Shown here: in pieces, positions 25,501 through 39,635 of the stretch
How the letters are laid out: each line of letters opens with the position of its first letter
How positions within the stretch are numbered: position 1 is the stretch's first letter
Assembly: GCA_964304625.1 (NCBI GenBank)
Contig: OZ199838.1
Location: 5,996,443 to 6,060,442, forward strand
Direction of reading: 5' to 3'
Origin: Kudoa neothunni
Taxonomy: Eukaryota > Animalia > Cnidaria
DNA length: 64,000 nucleotides
Translations under genes and position numbers: made by a program
Notes under the pieces: generated by a model
The model's input: the letters and a program-made list of their open reading frames with translations, nothing else
The model's database searches: none
What the model was told of the DNA's origin: nothing

Positions 25501-27138
25501 AGCTTGGGTTTCATCCGTAGCCAACAACGACATTATTCCTGCATTCTAAATCAGTACGAATAATAAAACGAAATTAAGTTTAATCAGTACGTTTGTCAGC
25601 GTGGAAAACAAATCTCGAAAATTGTTGAATAATGGCTCTTGGCTGTTAGATTTTTTGATAGTAGAAATCAGCGAGTTGAATTGATAGAGGGTTGATTTTA
25701 AGGTGTTACCAATAGAGACCATAACTTCCGCTTTCAACTATATTCGCAATAGTTTAGTACCATTTACAATTATAACTCTCATTACTTTAGCGAGAAACAA
25801 CTCCAAGCTATCTACAGCCAAAACAATTTCATCCCACTGAAAGTTATTCTTTTCTACCTAAATGGAATCAACTTATATAAATGTGATGGTTGAGGTTAAA
25901 AATTCACCTCGTGTTGACAATCTCGTAGGAGTTGCCTAGTATCGTCATAGTTGGATTTGATGTCAACATGAGTAGCGGCTAACGAAAGTAATAACTCTTC
26001 AAGAATTTTAAGTTTGGAATTTAGTATGGATAGGTCATCTGAAGTCAAATTTTTGTCATTCAATTGAGTTTTCACATAGTGAATGGTGGAATAAATAGAT
26101 ATGGAAGAATTGAGTTTGTGGAGAGTGATTTGATGGACGGAATTTCTAGTAAGGTCCAGTTGATCGACACACATTGAGATAGCTTCGATTCTTTTACCAT
26201 GTCCACCCTAGTAAAACAATATTTGGTAAGAACTAAGAATATAATTGATAATAAAATGTAATTTAGACTTAAATATAAAAATTAATGAAAGAAAGCACAG
26301 CCTTGTAGCTGAAAATACCTTGAAATTGGAAATATATTTCAACTGGAGAGTGGAGCAGGAAAAAAAGAACAAATGTTTCAGTAGGTTATCAATTCGTTCG
26401 GCTTTCGTGAACTAATCAATGAGTCTATAACGTTTCAGTGAATGTGAAAATGTTACATGAACAACGTCGTATATCATGTGAATAAGTTGAATGGATTGAT
26501 TAGTTAGATGGTTCACCTTTTGGTTGAATATCTCATCTCTTTGCCATCTTGATACTTCGTTGAGTTGAATGTAGCGTTCTCGGATCTATGCATATACATC
26601 AATATCAAATGTTTAGGGGATATTTCTATAAACTGTACTTTTGCAATCATTCTAATGGTTGAATCCGTGTGATTACTGTAGAAAACCTCACAGATACGTG
26701 ACGAATTATCAAGATATTTTTTCAATGAATCTATCAGACATTTTTTATGGCTTGGTTTCAGCGGCTCCGAGAGAAACACAAGCAAATTTTTAACAAGATA
26801 TTTGTCTGTTAAATAGTAAGTTTGATAGCAGCTGCCACACATAGTTATAGAGTTAATTACACTTGGCCGTTGCGTCACTGATAAGACTGGTGAAAAGAGT
26901 TTGATCTGATTTGAAATGGACCAACTGTTTCTCAATTAGATTCTGTTGTTGAGCTATCCCACTTATGATATTGTTGGACTTTGTGGACAGTCCGAATGTG
27001 GCACATTTAGGAGGTTGACTGAGTTGATCGATCTACAAATATTCACAATCAAAATTCATCAACCACGCCTGTTCGAAATTAGCATAAAACACTAACATAT
27101 TCTCGCGAAATCACATTAACAGCTCTCATTTCACACAT
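22555..27138 (-). CDS. Alpha-catenin/vinculin-family protein with an inserted tandem ILEI-like module; 20 exons, about 1190 aa
   Basis: 19 GT-AG introns join all the ORF fragments into one open frame. M-region resemblance: LEELLLSLAATHVDIKSNYDDTRQLLRDC and LAKLKAEVMVSIGNTL. The C-terminal actin-binding domain ILALAKKISFLVSHIVDLTRSEGPLITDKDII...LQQLLMISKV...SLIVSSSNILKTV aligns by eye to alpha-catenin IIVLAKQM...DFTRGKGPLKNTSDVI...CHQLNICSKV...SLIQAAKNLMNAV. The first exon is the least certain. Confidence 0.82.
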
Positions 27139-30100
27139 TTAATCGGTAAAATAAAAAACAAAATATTGCGACTCTATAGGGGTACGCTACAAAGAGACTC
27201 CAAATAGATTAGCGTCACCTTACTAATATAATAGATCTAGGTGGTGCAGCGATGTCGGAACGTCTAACGAATTCTTTTAGCAAGGAGGTGGACAGTGAAA
27301 GCGCACATCCGCGAATACATTAAGACCGTTATTAGTCTAATACAATCTCACTTTATAATTAGTCAACATAAATTATTCGGATTTTCGATTTAACCTAATC
27401 ACCATCACTATAGTCATAGGAGTGTCGTTAGCGTAAGCAACGATGTAGGCGGCAGCCGACAAAGAATGCGGCTACTGTCCAATTTGAATTTTGTCGATAG
27501 TCTAAAAACCCTTTCCGATAAATAACGTAGAAATAAATTATTTTTTTCTTTTGTTATGCTTGAAATATTCAATCAAAAATCTAAAATAATTTCTTAGTAT
27601 TTACCTATCATTCCATATTTGTTTATCTAGGTTGGATCTCATTTAATCTCCTGATGCTAAAAATCCTTCTGTGATATATTTAGTTGACATTTTGGGTGAA
27701 TAATAATGTAGATGGAAACTAAAAAAATAATTGTGGTTTTTGATTGACATTGAATTATTCAAGTTTTGGGTTTTTATTATGAGCCTTTTACTCTTTTTAT
27801 CGGCAAAAGCTCTTTAAAAATGATCCCTCTTCCAATTTATTAGTTTTATTCGCTATATCAATTAAATAATCGAAGTAATTCTTGTTCCTACTTTAATAAT
27901 ACGTAAAAATTTGATTTGGCCATCACAGAGAACATTTTCCGTTTTTTATCTAGTAGATTGAGTACATATTGTTACGAAATCAGTTAGATTTGTGATCTAA
28001 CTGTTTTTAATGATTCCATTATTAAGTACTCCAATCAAAAAGTAAAAATTAATGATTATTATTAATATGAACACATATTTTTGAATGAACAAACCAAATT
28101 ATTTATTTTTACCATTTAATTTGATATAAAAACATTCGATGCATTTTTTGAATATCATAAAACATAATCCATTGGAAAAAAATTCAAAAAAGTACAAATT
28201 TATTTGATCTAAGATAACGATTTTTGTGTATAAATTATAATAAAATAAAAAAATGTGATGTATTATGCAGTAAACCTTCACTTTAAACCATTAAAAATAT
28301 CGATTCTTGTTTTCACATAGATCGCATGATAAAATTATTTTAATCGTATTTTGTAGAAAATAAAAAAACTTAAAATAAAGCATACAATTAAAATCAATAA
28401 TGGGCGATATCACTATAGATCAACTTCCGCTAATATTTCCTATGCGACCGAACCCTTCCTGTTTTATAATAAATTTCCTCGAAACCGTCTGATTTAAAGT
28501 ACTTTGAGATTATTGTTTAGTCGTGGAGGAATTTAATCCTGTATAGTTTATATACGCGTAAGCCATGTTACTCCCAAACAATTCCTATTTTTAAGGCGAA
28601 CGATTCTACCACTAAATACGAACTCTTATATTTGTTGCGTGATTATTTTAATTTCGAAAAAAATTCCCTAATGCGCAGAATAACAATATAATCTATTGAT
28701 GGGATAATGTTGTAAGCCTTCAAAAAAATACATAATAAAAGGAAATATTTAATCTTAATAATCTTTATTTATTATGATATGAATAGATTTTTCATAGTAA
28801 TCGTTCAAAGAATTTTTATATTGGGGCGATTTTAGGAAAAAACAATACTTACACATATTCGAAATTAAATGATCTCTTTTAAATATTATTTATAACCTTA
28901 TAGCAATTTTTCAAAAAATTTTTCATAAGGGAGTAAATAAGTAAAAAAATTCGTGGAGAGATTCGGGAATTAATTAATTAAATTTGTGAGATTAAAGGAT
29001 TTGAATATTTATATAGTCCTGATAAATAAAATTTCCTCCAAGTTCGCCTCATAATGTTAATTTCAAATAATCCAAAAATAAATTTCTAAACAGAGATATG
29101 TTAAAATTATAACTAATAGTATTTAATTTAAATTTAACTCCAAATAAATAAAGAATACCTTGTTTACAAAGTTATTTCAAGAAAGGTCAAAAATATAAGG
29201 CGTATTAAGATTTAATACGCATAAAAGAATCAGAATCAATATAACAAATAGTTTCGATTTTCGGTAGTTACAAGGGTATTTTAAGTAAACGGAAGGCAAC
29301 AATTCAGATAGCTCAATCAAGTATGCAACAGCAATCTTAAAATCAATATGGCATCAAATATATGCTATGGTAACGTCAAAACGTACAGAAACCCTTTCTT
29401 AAATTCCCATCTCAGCTCCCCTTTCCCATAAAAAAGATAGCATAATAGAAGCACGCAACGAATAGTTACCTGATCGCTTGCTTGATTTATTGATGAAATT
29501 TCCAACCAAGAACAACACCTCATTGCCTAACAAGAGTGATAAGATAGCGGTCAATTCTGAACAGATTTAAGACTACAACAAAATCTTGTAGGATCAATCG
29601 ATTGTAGGGCCACACTGTTTGTTAGAGTATTCCCGTGAGAGTAGTAACACAGGATATACGCTCAATTAAACAAAACACCTTTTACAAGGTGATTCACAAC
29701 AAGAAAACACCTGACAACACTAAATTAACTGAAAACTATTTGATTTGGGTGTGGAATAGTTTTTAAGGATTTTCGGAATTGGTTTTACGGTACTTAGATT
29801 TCTACCTTAATTCAAGTTTAATCTGGCTTTATCACTATTTTTATACCTCCGTATAACAACCGACTATGATATCCAGTTATCTCTGCAGTATCATACTTTC
29901 ATTGCATCATGTTGAAAGAAATAATATTTTTCTACCATACACAAAATTAAACTTCTCAAAATTCTCTAATGGTATCCACAAATCCCTACAGGCGTAGGTG
30001 CGATAGATTCGATCGTGTAGGTGTTGTTTGTGAAGTCTTCACAGGTCCAATATATCCATAATAACTATTAGCATGATAGCTTTGAGAATACTATCTCTTT

Positions 30101-33100
30101 GCTGAACTCTCAAAACAGCTTGTTTTTATCATAAAAATTAAAATAGAGTTGTTTGCTGTTGATCGATATAGCATGTATTCAACAAAATTCAGGTGGATTA
30201 AAAGTAAATAATTTTGATTCTATTATCCTGCTGAAATTGGCCATTGATTTTTCTCATAATAAATAACGGAAAACAAGAAAATCTAGATTGAAAATGGTGA
30301 AAAATCAGCCGGCCAATATTAATTTAAGCTGCTAAGTAATATTAAAGCTGCACATTTTAATAAAAATAAGGGATTAATTCCAATTCTTAAAAATAATATA
30401 TTTTGAAATTTAAATTTATTTTACTACAAACATAACACAAATTTTATTAATTATGCCTCGAACAAAATAAATAAGACAAACTACTATAAATTATAACGCA
30501 CGCGCGAGAATACAAAAACTAAGTATTTCGTGCATTCGAATCTTGCTTAAGTGTTCATTTCTAATATTTCCGTCGAAAAATAATTTTTTAAGCTGTAGTA
30601 ATTTACTCAAGTTTATATATAATGGCATTATTTAGTTAGGAGTAAAACAATTAAATCACCAGATAGTAAATGACTCGGTATATTCTCAGCAGCTGCTGCA
30701 GCGTAGATTAGCTTAACACTCTTCCTTCAAAAAGTCCTAATTCAACGGCACGATTCTTAAATGTTGAGGATTCGCTTAACTCTGTAGTTGTCTCAACTAA
30801 ATATTCGTATTCGTCTTTAAATATATATCATGCTTGAAGCATTTATCAAAATACGATAGATTATCAAGATTGCGTAGGTTTATGTGGAGTCAGAGTAACT
30901 ACACAGCATCGTTGATTACGTATGCGCATTGACATATTTTGATAAGATGGTTGTTTGTCGTTTGTTTCGGGATCTCGTTTTCTTTTGGCAAACAAATGAC
31001 ATACAAAAGGGTCAAAGGAAGTTATAGTTACATTACTTTATCATATATGTTCCAATTTATTTAATCTCATCGCTCAAATGAATGTCAGAAGAGCTCTATC
31101 TTAATATGATGTTTGGATCAGTATCGCAATTGAAAATTATGGTATTCGTCCTCCTGACAGTCGTAATATTTTTTGATAACACTGAAAGCTCGTGATCCCC
31201 TCCAATTCGTTAGAATAAATAATAGAAATCCACAATACACTAAATTATAATATATCACTACGTGTAAATAACAAAATGCTTTTATATTATTTGTATGGCA
31301 ATTCGTTTCTTAATAGTTATATAAAATTATAGTTTCAAAAGCTTGCAGTGATTTCAGAGTCATATCGTATATTATATGTTAATTTAAGATATCAGCCATA
31401 TAAATTAAGACGTTTTCGATACTTTTTAACTTTAAGATGCATTTTTTACGAAATAGCATAAACATCCATGTTGTGTAATGCCGTAGCGATCAAATATCAT
31501 CGTCTATTTTGCTTAGCTATGCTATCCAAAACTATTAGCCCAATTTCTCAAGCATGTTTTAAATTTATATACAATTAAATTTTTCAGCGCCAATTTTTTG
31601 AAATTAAATATACGGTGACAAATATTCATGAAATATTTGCAAAGATTCGGTATAATTGAGTCTAACTCTTTAAATCTTCATAGAAATTGCTTCGCGCGTA
31701 ATTTGACCCGAAATGAAATTAGGTGGATGCAAAAATATAAATACTTGCAATTTGATGATAATTCAAGAGTATAAAGGTTCTCATTTTTCTAAACAGTAGT
31801 GATATTTATGCTATTTCTGAACTAAATAGAGACCAGTCAAGGCATTCAATGTTGAGATTTTAATTTATGAATATTTTTCTAGATATATCATAAATTTCGT
31901 TAATTTTTTAAATTGAAGTAAACGTGAATAAAAATACTGGGGTCTGAACATTTCGCGATTAAAATACCATATAATGGCCCCATTTCCCGATTAAAGATTA
32001 TAATTAGTTCAAACATTAATCCTATATATTTTAAATCGAATTAATATATTTGTTGAAAAATTTGCATTAAGATTGCCCGCATTTGACCCAATAAGTAAAT
32101 TTCGATACTAACTTTATGAATTTGATACAATTAACCAACTAATGACTATATAAAATGAGGAATTCTTGTTCTTATATACTTAGGATTGATAATAGGTAAT
32201 AGCTAAGGATAAGTTGTGACAACACGCCAAAATCACAATCGCCACACTCAAATTTTAAGATTAACAAATATTACGTTACTCGATTGAGTGCTATTGCCTG
32301 TAAAATAATTGAGAAATGCTAGGGATTCAATATAATATTACAGCAACCATTGTTGATGATTAACAGGAGGTCGAAAGTAACCTAATGTTGATGGAACACT
32401 GATAAATACAAAAAATAAATAAACAGGTCGGTTTCGATCGTAAAAGTCGATTTGGATTATAGCCACTATTCTAAATTTTAATCCATTCCGCATAACATAA
32501 AATATTCCAATTTCCACTTTAACCCTCCAACGAATTTGAGGTGTGTTACACCTCAAGATCAACGTTAATCCTTTTGGCCTCGCGGTGATTAACTACACAT
32601 AATTGTGCTTTTCATATTTCTCACTTGAAATTTTAGACTTTTATTTATTATATTACACCCTCGAATAATGTAATATTGATGGAAATGATTCTATGTACGG
32701 ACGTGTTTACGAGTATACTCGAAGTAACAATTTGATTATATAATTATTGGATAAGAAAATAAGGATTTTGGAATTAAAAAATTTGATTTTTATGATTTTA
32801 TCATTATACTCGAGAATTTTTATGCCCCAAATCATTCATCGATTTTTTCTACTTTATTATCATTATTATTTAAATTTACGATATAAATAATTGGGAACAA
32901 TAACAAAAATCTTCTTCAATTTCGTAACTACAAAATTATACTGAAATTCTTCTTTAGGACATAACACTTATTTACTTAAAGCTCATGTCTATTGTGTGTG
33001 ATATAAGATAAATTGCTCCACTTTCAATTTTTTTATTGGGAAGTGTCTATTGGCAAGATAAATGATGCGTAAGTGTCACTATTTTGACTGTATTTAATTA

Positions 33101-33761
33101 TTTCTGATCCACCTTTTCGCTCTAAGCGACCAGAAATAATTAAATATAGCATATTCTAAAAAATTGAATCTGAATATAGCTGGCGAACAAGAGTTGTTGG
33201 GATTAAAAATTTCAACTGCGCGTGAGTACATGCAATTTAGGATTAAAATATACTGTACGAATAGTCTCTGCCTATTTTGTTATTCAATAGGTAAATAACG
33301 TTAAAACTACTTCATACACTAATCCATGAAGTACTGATATGAGAATGGAATTTACAGTGTGAAATCTTTAAATTAACTCCTCACAAAGATAATTGACCAA
33401 TCATTACTCACAAGTGAAATTTTTGATTAAATTAATTTATTAAGATTATAATTGCACTATTCATCAACAAAATGATGTTTGGCATTTGTTCACGTTCTTT
33501 CGTTTGCATAATAGACTTTATTATTGTAATTATGGGCGGAGTAAAGTATGAGTAAGAATGTATTTGAATTTTGTATATGGGGGTTGTTTATACGCATTGA
33601 ATAGAGTGTGCATCGTCATAGAAACAATATATTTACTAACTTTAAGCTTTGGCCCCCGTGTTAAGTGTTTGTTTTCACAAAATGCGCGAGTCTGAAAAAT
33701 CATCATCCGGATTCCACTGTTTTCCCGTGCACCAACGGCATTGGCCACTGGTGGTGAGTCA

Positions 33762-35994
33762 ATGTGTTTATTTTTTAGACTGTTATCACTTATTGTGATG
33801 GTTACCATAAAATTATCGTCTTGTCGTGATATCAACGTACTCTACCCAACATCGACAGATCTCCTCTCAATTGAGAACAATACACTAATACTCACTTTTG
33901 ATATCAATTATGAGATGATGGTCGTGTTGTTTAATAGTAGTGTAGTTCCCGAGAGTGTTGCTTTTACTAAAAAATCGATATCAAATGCAGACGAGCCTTG
34001 CGGTAGCATTTTTTCTATAAGCGAGGTGAAATGTGTACAAAATTCGGTGGGTGAAGGTGCCAAACGGCAGACTCATCTAATCAACTTCACGTTACCATCT
34101 CATATTAACGATGCGAATACCGAAGATCAGATTAGACTGTATATATGTGCGAAATATTTCACTACTGATTCAAAACCTGGTGTGCGCAGTAAAGAATGGA
34201 GATATCAAGGCGCTGATTTTTATGTGATAGCCATAAGACCTACCTATCACCTACCATTGATAGCTAGTGTGCTAATTGCGATGGCGCTGCTGATTCTGTC
34301 TGGGTTATTTTCTGGTCTTAACATTGGTCTTATGTCGTTACAATTGAACGAATTGGAGGTTATTTCCAACACCGGAACCCCTACTGAACAGTTGTACGCC
34401 CGAAATATTATCCCCTTGAGAAAACTTGGTAACATACTTCTGGTGTGCATACTTTTGAGCAATACCGCGGTCAACAGCACCCTAACTATTATTATCGATA
34501 AAATATCAACTGGTGCTATCGCGGTTGTTTCATCCACATTATGTATTATGCTTATCGGTGAAATTATTCCACAAAGCATTTGCACCAGATATTCGCTTGC
34601 TATTGGATCCAATACCAGATATATTATGTGGTTGTTTATTGCATTGACAAGTGTTTTGAGCTTTCCATTGGGATATTTGCTCAATTGTGTGTTGGGACCT
34701 GAACCGCCTACAGTAGTTGGTAGGAAACAACTTCTTGAACTAATACGTGTTCACGGTAAAGATGCCAACCTTGACAACGAAGAAGTAGGAATAATATCTG
34801 GTGCATTGAATTTCCGGAGCAAAGTTGTTGCAGATGCTATGGTGCCGATTGATAAATGTTTTCTACTGAGTGAAGATGCTATTTTGGATTTCGAAACCAT
34901 CACTCGAATAGTACAATGTGGTTTCAGTAGGATACCAGTGTATTCGAAAACACGCAGCAATGTGGTCGGTTTATTGCTTATGAAGGATCTCACATTGGTG
35001 GATCCTGATGACAAGATCCCGCTGACCACAGTTATCAATTTCTACAAAAGAACCATTATCAAAGTGTTTCCTGACATTACATTGGACAAGCTGTTTCATG
35101 AATTCAAAATTGGAGTTGGGCATCTTGCTGTTGTAATCGAAGTAAAAACCGGTGACAACGGTGATCCGTACTACAACTCTGTTGGTATTATCACTCTGGA
35201 AGATATAATTGAAGAGATTATCCAAAGTGAAATAACTGATGAGACTGATTTCTATAATGAGAAAATGATCTCCAACCAACAAAAATCCAACGCTGATGCC
35301 AACAACAAACTTATGCCATTCTTCCATCAAGAATCTACTGCCGCCCCCGAACTGTCTCCTAATATGGTATTGACTATCTGTCAATTTCTATCCACAGGTA
35401 TGTGTGTGAAGTTCTGTCTTTGGTGATTGATTATCTGGATATGTAGCTATACCTGATTTTGCTGAAGAGCATATCTCCAGAACAACCCTTAAAGTACTGG
35501 TCACCAGACTTGATGTTGTATATAGCTACGAAAATATTGACCTTGAACAACCTATCTACTTGTATAAACATGGCGTTTTAAGTGATTGTTTCACACTCAT
35601 ACTCGAAGGTTGTGTATTTGTGACGAATACGGGTGTTTTGATTTTTTGTATATTAGGAAAGGTTGAAGTTACTGTAGGTCAAGAAAAGATTCTTAGTGTG
35701 CATGGACCATTTTCTTATTTTGGTACACCTGTACTAAGAGGTTCGTCCACTCAAAGCATCACCTCAAAGATGAGACGCTCCACAAACTTCTGCCCCGATT
35801 ATTCGGTCAAGGTTATCACAAATGTGCTTTGTCTGCGAATTAAAAGTTCGCTCTACTTGGACACTCTGAGAACTGCCGGAGATGTATCTTTTGTAGCGTG
35901 ATCTTAGTCTCACTATTTTGAACATTTTTAGAAGGATGCTGACTCCAAATTTTCCACAGTTCCGTCTCAAAATTCGTTGAATAATACTCAATAA
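33762..35994 (+). CDS. CNNM/ACDP divalent metal (Mg2+) transporter; introns at about 35398-35447, 35609-35656 and 35884-35931
   Basis: Signal peptide, extracellular domain and DUF21 (SGLFSGLNIGLMSL, GEIIPQSIC). A CBS pair follows (GFSRIPVY, GIITLEDIIEEIIQSEITDETD), then a CNBH-like tail (FTLILEG, GPFSYFG, PDYSVK). Confidence 0.93.
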
Positions 35995-37319
35995 CATGCT
36001 TATTTTTTATCTGATAGATTTTGAATATAAACATGATATATATAATTTTTATGGTGTTAAAAATAATATTACCCTATGTCTATGCTTTCTGAATATTGAA
36101 CTCTAGAAAAAATTCTATTAGTTTAAATAACCTAGGTCATATATCATAGTTTGTTTACCATAAATAGCCAGCTAAGCCTCCTGTTAACACATACTGAGTT
36201 TGGGGTCATTTTTGACCCCAAAATAAATAATTATATTATGGCGTTAACAATTCGACATAATAAATAAATTTAAAGATTATCTTTGATATTAAAATCTTCC
36301 CAACGTTTTAGACCCTTCCAAAGTTTTCTAGAAGGATCCTGAACAGTGGTAGGCATAACGTGGCCGTGGGTCGGATCTTGTCACATGATGTTCAACTCAG
36401 CCATCGGGAGCGATAGCAAGTTTACTATAGAATATGTCTATTTGTGATAGATCTGGGATTTAGTTCCTCTCGAAGATATTTTAAAAGTCAGACTATTATT
36501 AATTCATCGGTAAATATAAAGTTGCCATATTTGTTTACACTCAAGTTTAATACCTGTTTACGTTAGACTTACAATTAGACACATGAATAATTATTAAATA
36601 TGGCTAGCAATATTTAGAAAATTTAAAGGAATAAAACATATGAATTAACAGAAATGCGCGGCGTCACAAAAGTTATTCAAACTAAAAAGTCTATAACATT
36701 GTAGAAGAGAACTTCCTCTTTTATTGGAATGGCGCTTATTATAAACGGATTAGACCTACTTTAAATAATAAAATTACTCCGCTACATACCACCTGATTTA
36801 ATAACCTATACAAAAATCTATTGAAAAATGAGTCATTTAATTTATTAATTTGTTTGTGAAAAATAAAGTTCGAAATATATTTTGCCTCACTCTATTATAC
36901 TTACAATAATCATTGCTATACTAATTAAACATGTAATTCCTTTACATGATGTTTAATTCTAACCACAGTGGACACTGAAAAGCGAAAAATTGATAACGAG
37001 AACTTCTTTTTTAATAAAGATTTGGTTGAGATGAATTTATTTGTACATACTGGTCCAACACTGTCTTATTTATCACCGAACCTGTGCAGTATTCAAAAAA
37101 TGAGATTTATATTAATACTGAATTCTTTGAAAATAATTGCTTTCAGACCTATGATAAAATTTTTTTATAAAAATCTGTCCCCGCCGAAATATAATTGCCC
37201 ACCCCTGAACAATAAGAAAATATGTTAGTATTATTGAAGAAATTTCAAATGAATACGACATTGACAACGTAGCCAGCCAGAATCAAATTTCGCGTAAATG
37301 AGATTTAAATTAAATGATA

Positions 37320-37430
37320 AGATGTTCCATTTGTCCTAGAGAGCATAATAACAAACGTTCAACTTGCCATTAAAATTGTATGAAACCTATGTTTAACCTT
37401 CATATATCAATATTTTGTGAAAATTGCATC
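37320..37430 (+). pseudogene. piggyBac transposase C-terminal cysteine-rich domain remnant
   Basis: Translates as RCSICPREHNNKRSTCH*NCMKPMFNLHISIFCENC, matching the C-x2-C...C-x2-C...H...C-x2-C pattern. Confidence 0.55.
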
Positions 37431-39635
37431 CAAAATTGTAATTAGATAATTATATTAACACTCTTATTATAGTGGAGGAAATTTTTATTCTTGAAGTGTC
37501 TCAGAATTTAAAAAGAGCTTCCCGATTACGTTCTTAATTTTATTTAAATTTAATTCATTACATTAATACATTAGTATAATTTCGGCTGTTAAATCAATAT
37601 GGATATTTAAGTTTGTTTTGTTGACTTATAGGGTAAGGACCTTATCGCAACTTATTAGACTGTGGAATTTATTGGTGATCAGTTCATCAATTTGGACGTT
37701 GTAAGCAACGTAGCAAGTCTCATACAACCTTTCTTTATCCTATTAAGGAACTATTGGGGTTTAACTCACTATAAATTTTCGTTTTAGGTGAATGTAATCT
37801 TAAATCCTACCATCTTGACCCTTTCATGCTCAAAATAATTTCTACCATCCAGTAACATCAAATTACAGGAAAAAATCAAAAATAAGTTAAAATCCTACTC
37901 GTATGTACCATAACAACGAAAAGTTTCACATTGATTTTAAAATGCATTGAAAATTAATTTTTGATTTGATTTATAAACAAAATAAATTAATAAAGTTAAT
38001 ATGTATACATCGATAAATTTTTGATGTATGCACGCCAATTTAGATATCAACTTCTCATTTTCAAAACTATTCCATATCGCAAAATATTTAAAGGTGAAGC
38101 TTATAAAAATAAGCATAATAGATTGAATTTTAGTATATATTTTTTCTTGTTATTAATAATTATATAATAATGGTTTATTAGATAATTTATAACAATAATT
38201 CATTTAAAACTTTCTTTAATTAATCTCCTAATTTTTTAAATATATGTAAGAATATTTTTAAACAATGACAAATTATGTTTTAAGAAAAATCGTATGTGGA
38301 ATTTCTTTTGATTATGCATAAAAATAGATTACATTTTTAAAAATGACGTTTAAAATTTTTGGAAGGGTATTTTTTAGGATGTGACTATTAACACGGTAAA
38401 TAATATTCAAGTGACACTAATTAAATATGGCAGATTCTATGAAATGAAATTTATGAACAACTTGTAAGTAGGAGTTGCTGAGATTAAAAATTCTCAATGT
38501 CCAAGCATACACGCCGTTTAGGATTAAATTTTACCGTGCCAATAGCCTCTGTCATATTTTAATGCAATTAATTTAAAAAAATATTTTCTTCTAATAAAGA
38601 AATCAACATTAAAGCGTTAAAAACTGAAAATAAAATGAAAATGTAAACTCTAATAATCCTTTTAAAATGTCTGAGGATATTAAAGTTTATTTTTGTTGGT
38701 GATGGTCAAAATTTATCTAAATTTCAGCCTGCTGTAAAAATAATAAACAATTTTTTGAATTTTAATCTTACGTGTAGTTTTTTACCTTTTTAATAAGATC
38801 CTTTATTTTTTGACCATATAATTAATTGGCATATTATTTTAAAAATATTTAGTTATCAAATAAAAAGTATTCCTATAGCAATCTGTTAGCGATTCTAATT
38901 ATAATCAAATAGTTCAATGTCACTTTTGTTTCGTCGCTATCTCTTTATTCGTAAATAATTAATTATGATTTTGTAATGCATAAATTTAAAAAAATAAAAT
39001 ATTATACTTTGAGAATATTATATGCATATATTGCTAAATTATTTATAACCACGTGAATGTGATGTGATTAGAAATAACACTCGTGGGGAATTAATTATGA
39101 TTTGAAATATAAACCACAACCTTGTATAGTGATGGATTTTAGAATCTCAGTAGTGTAATTATATTTGGAATATAAAATTTTGATAACTTAATTTATTCTT
39201 GCATATTATAGTTATTTCTGTATATGCTAAGTCTATACAATATACGACGTTTTATCCGGAGGTATTATTCTATAATGAATTGCTTCGTATATTCGGATGT
39301 AACAATTCATTATTAATTTATAACTATGGCTTATAATTTTCACAGCTTTTGGTAGATCTTAATTTCCAACGTCTTTTATCTTTATTTACGGCTGTTTTTT
39401 GGAAAAGTTTATACATATATACATTAAGATTCGGTATTTACGTTTATTTGCTAAATCTTTTTATATCTTTAACTATTTATTTTAATCTTTAAAGAGTTTT
39501 TACTTTGTATATATTTAAGATAAATAATAAATTATCTAAACTTTGAATTATTTGTTTTTCTATTCACTTCGATATTAATATCTACTTTCGCTAATCCTTA
39601 TTGAATTCATTACTTACAGCGTTCGATCCAAAACC

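Noticed and set aside
9095-27138. Stop-codon reassignment or programmed frameshifting as the cause of fragmented ORFs
   Set aside because: Every break in the host genes is resolved by a canonical GT-AG intron under the standard code.
28400-31200. Possible hidden gene in slightly GC-richer patches
   Set aside because: No spliceable frame found. There is only a weak MULE-like PRLNNNL remnant, so it is likely decayed repeats.
33530-35384. Antisense ORFs over CNNM, and similar ones over DOLK, Ku80, gene B and GOT1
   Set aside because: They are shadow frames of real genes with no recognisable motifs.
36180-37230. Complete transposon (ggggtc...gacccc palindrome; MDTEKRKID ORF resembling a hAT N-terminus)
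   Set aside because: Only fragments; no paired ends or target duplication could be defined.
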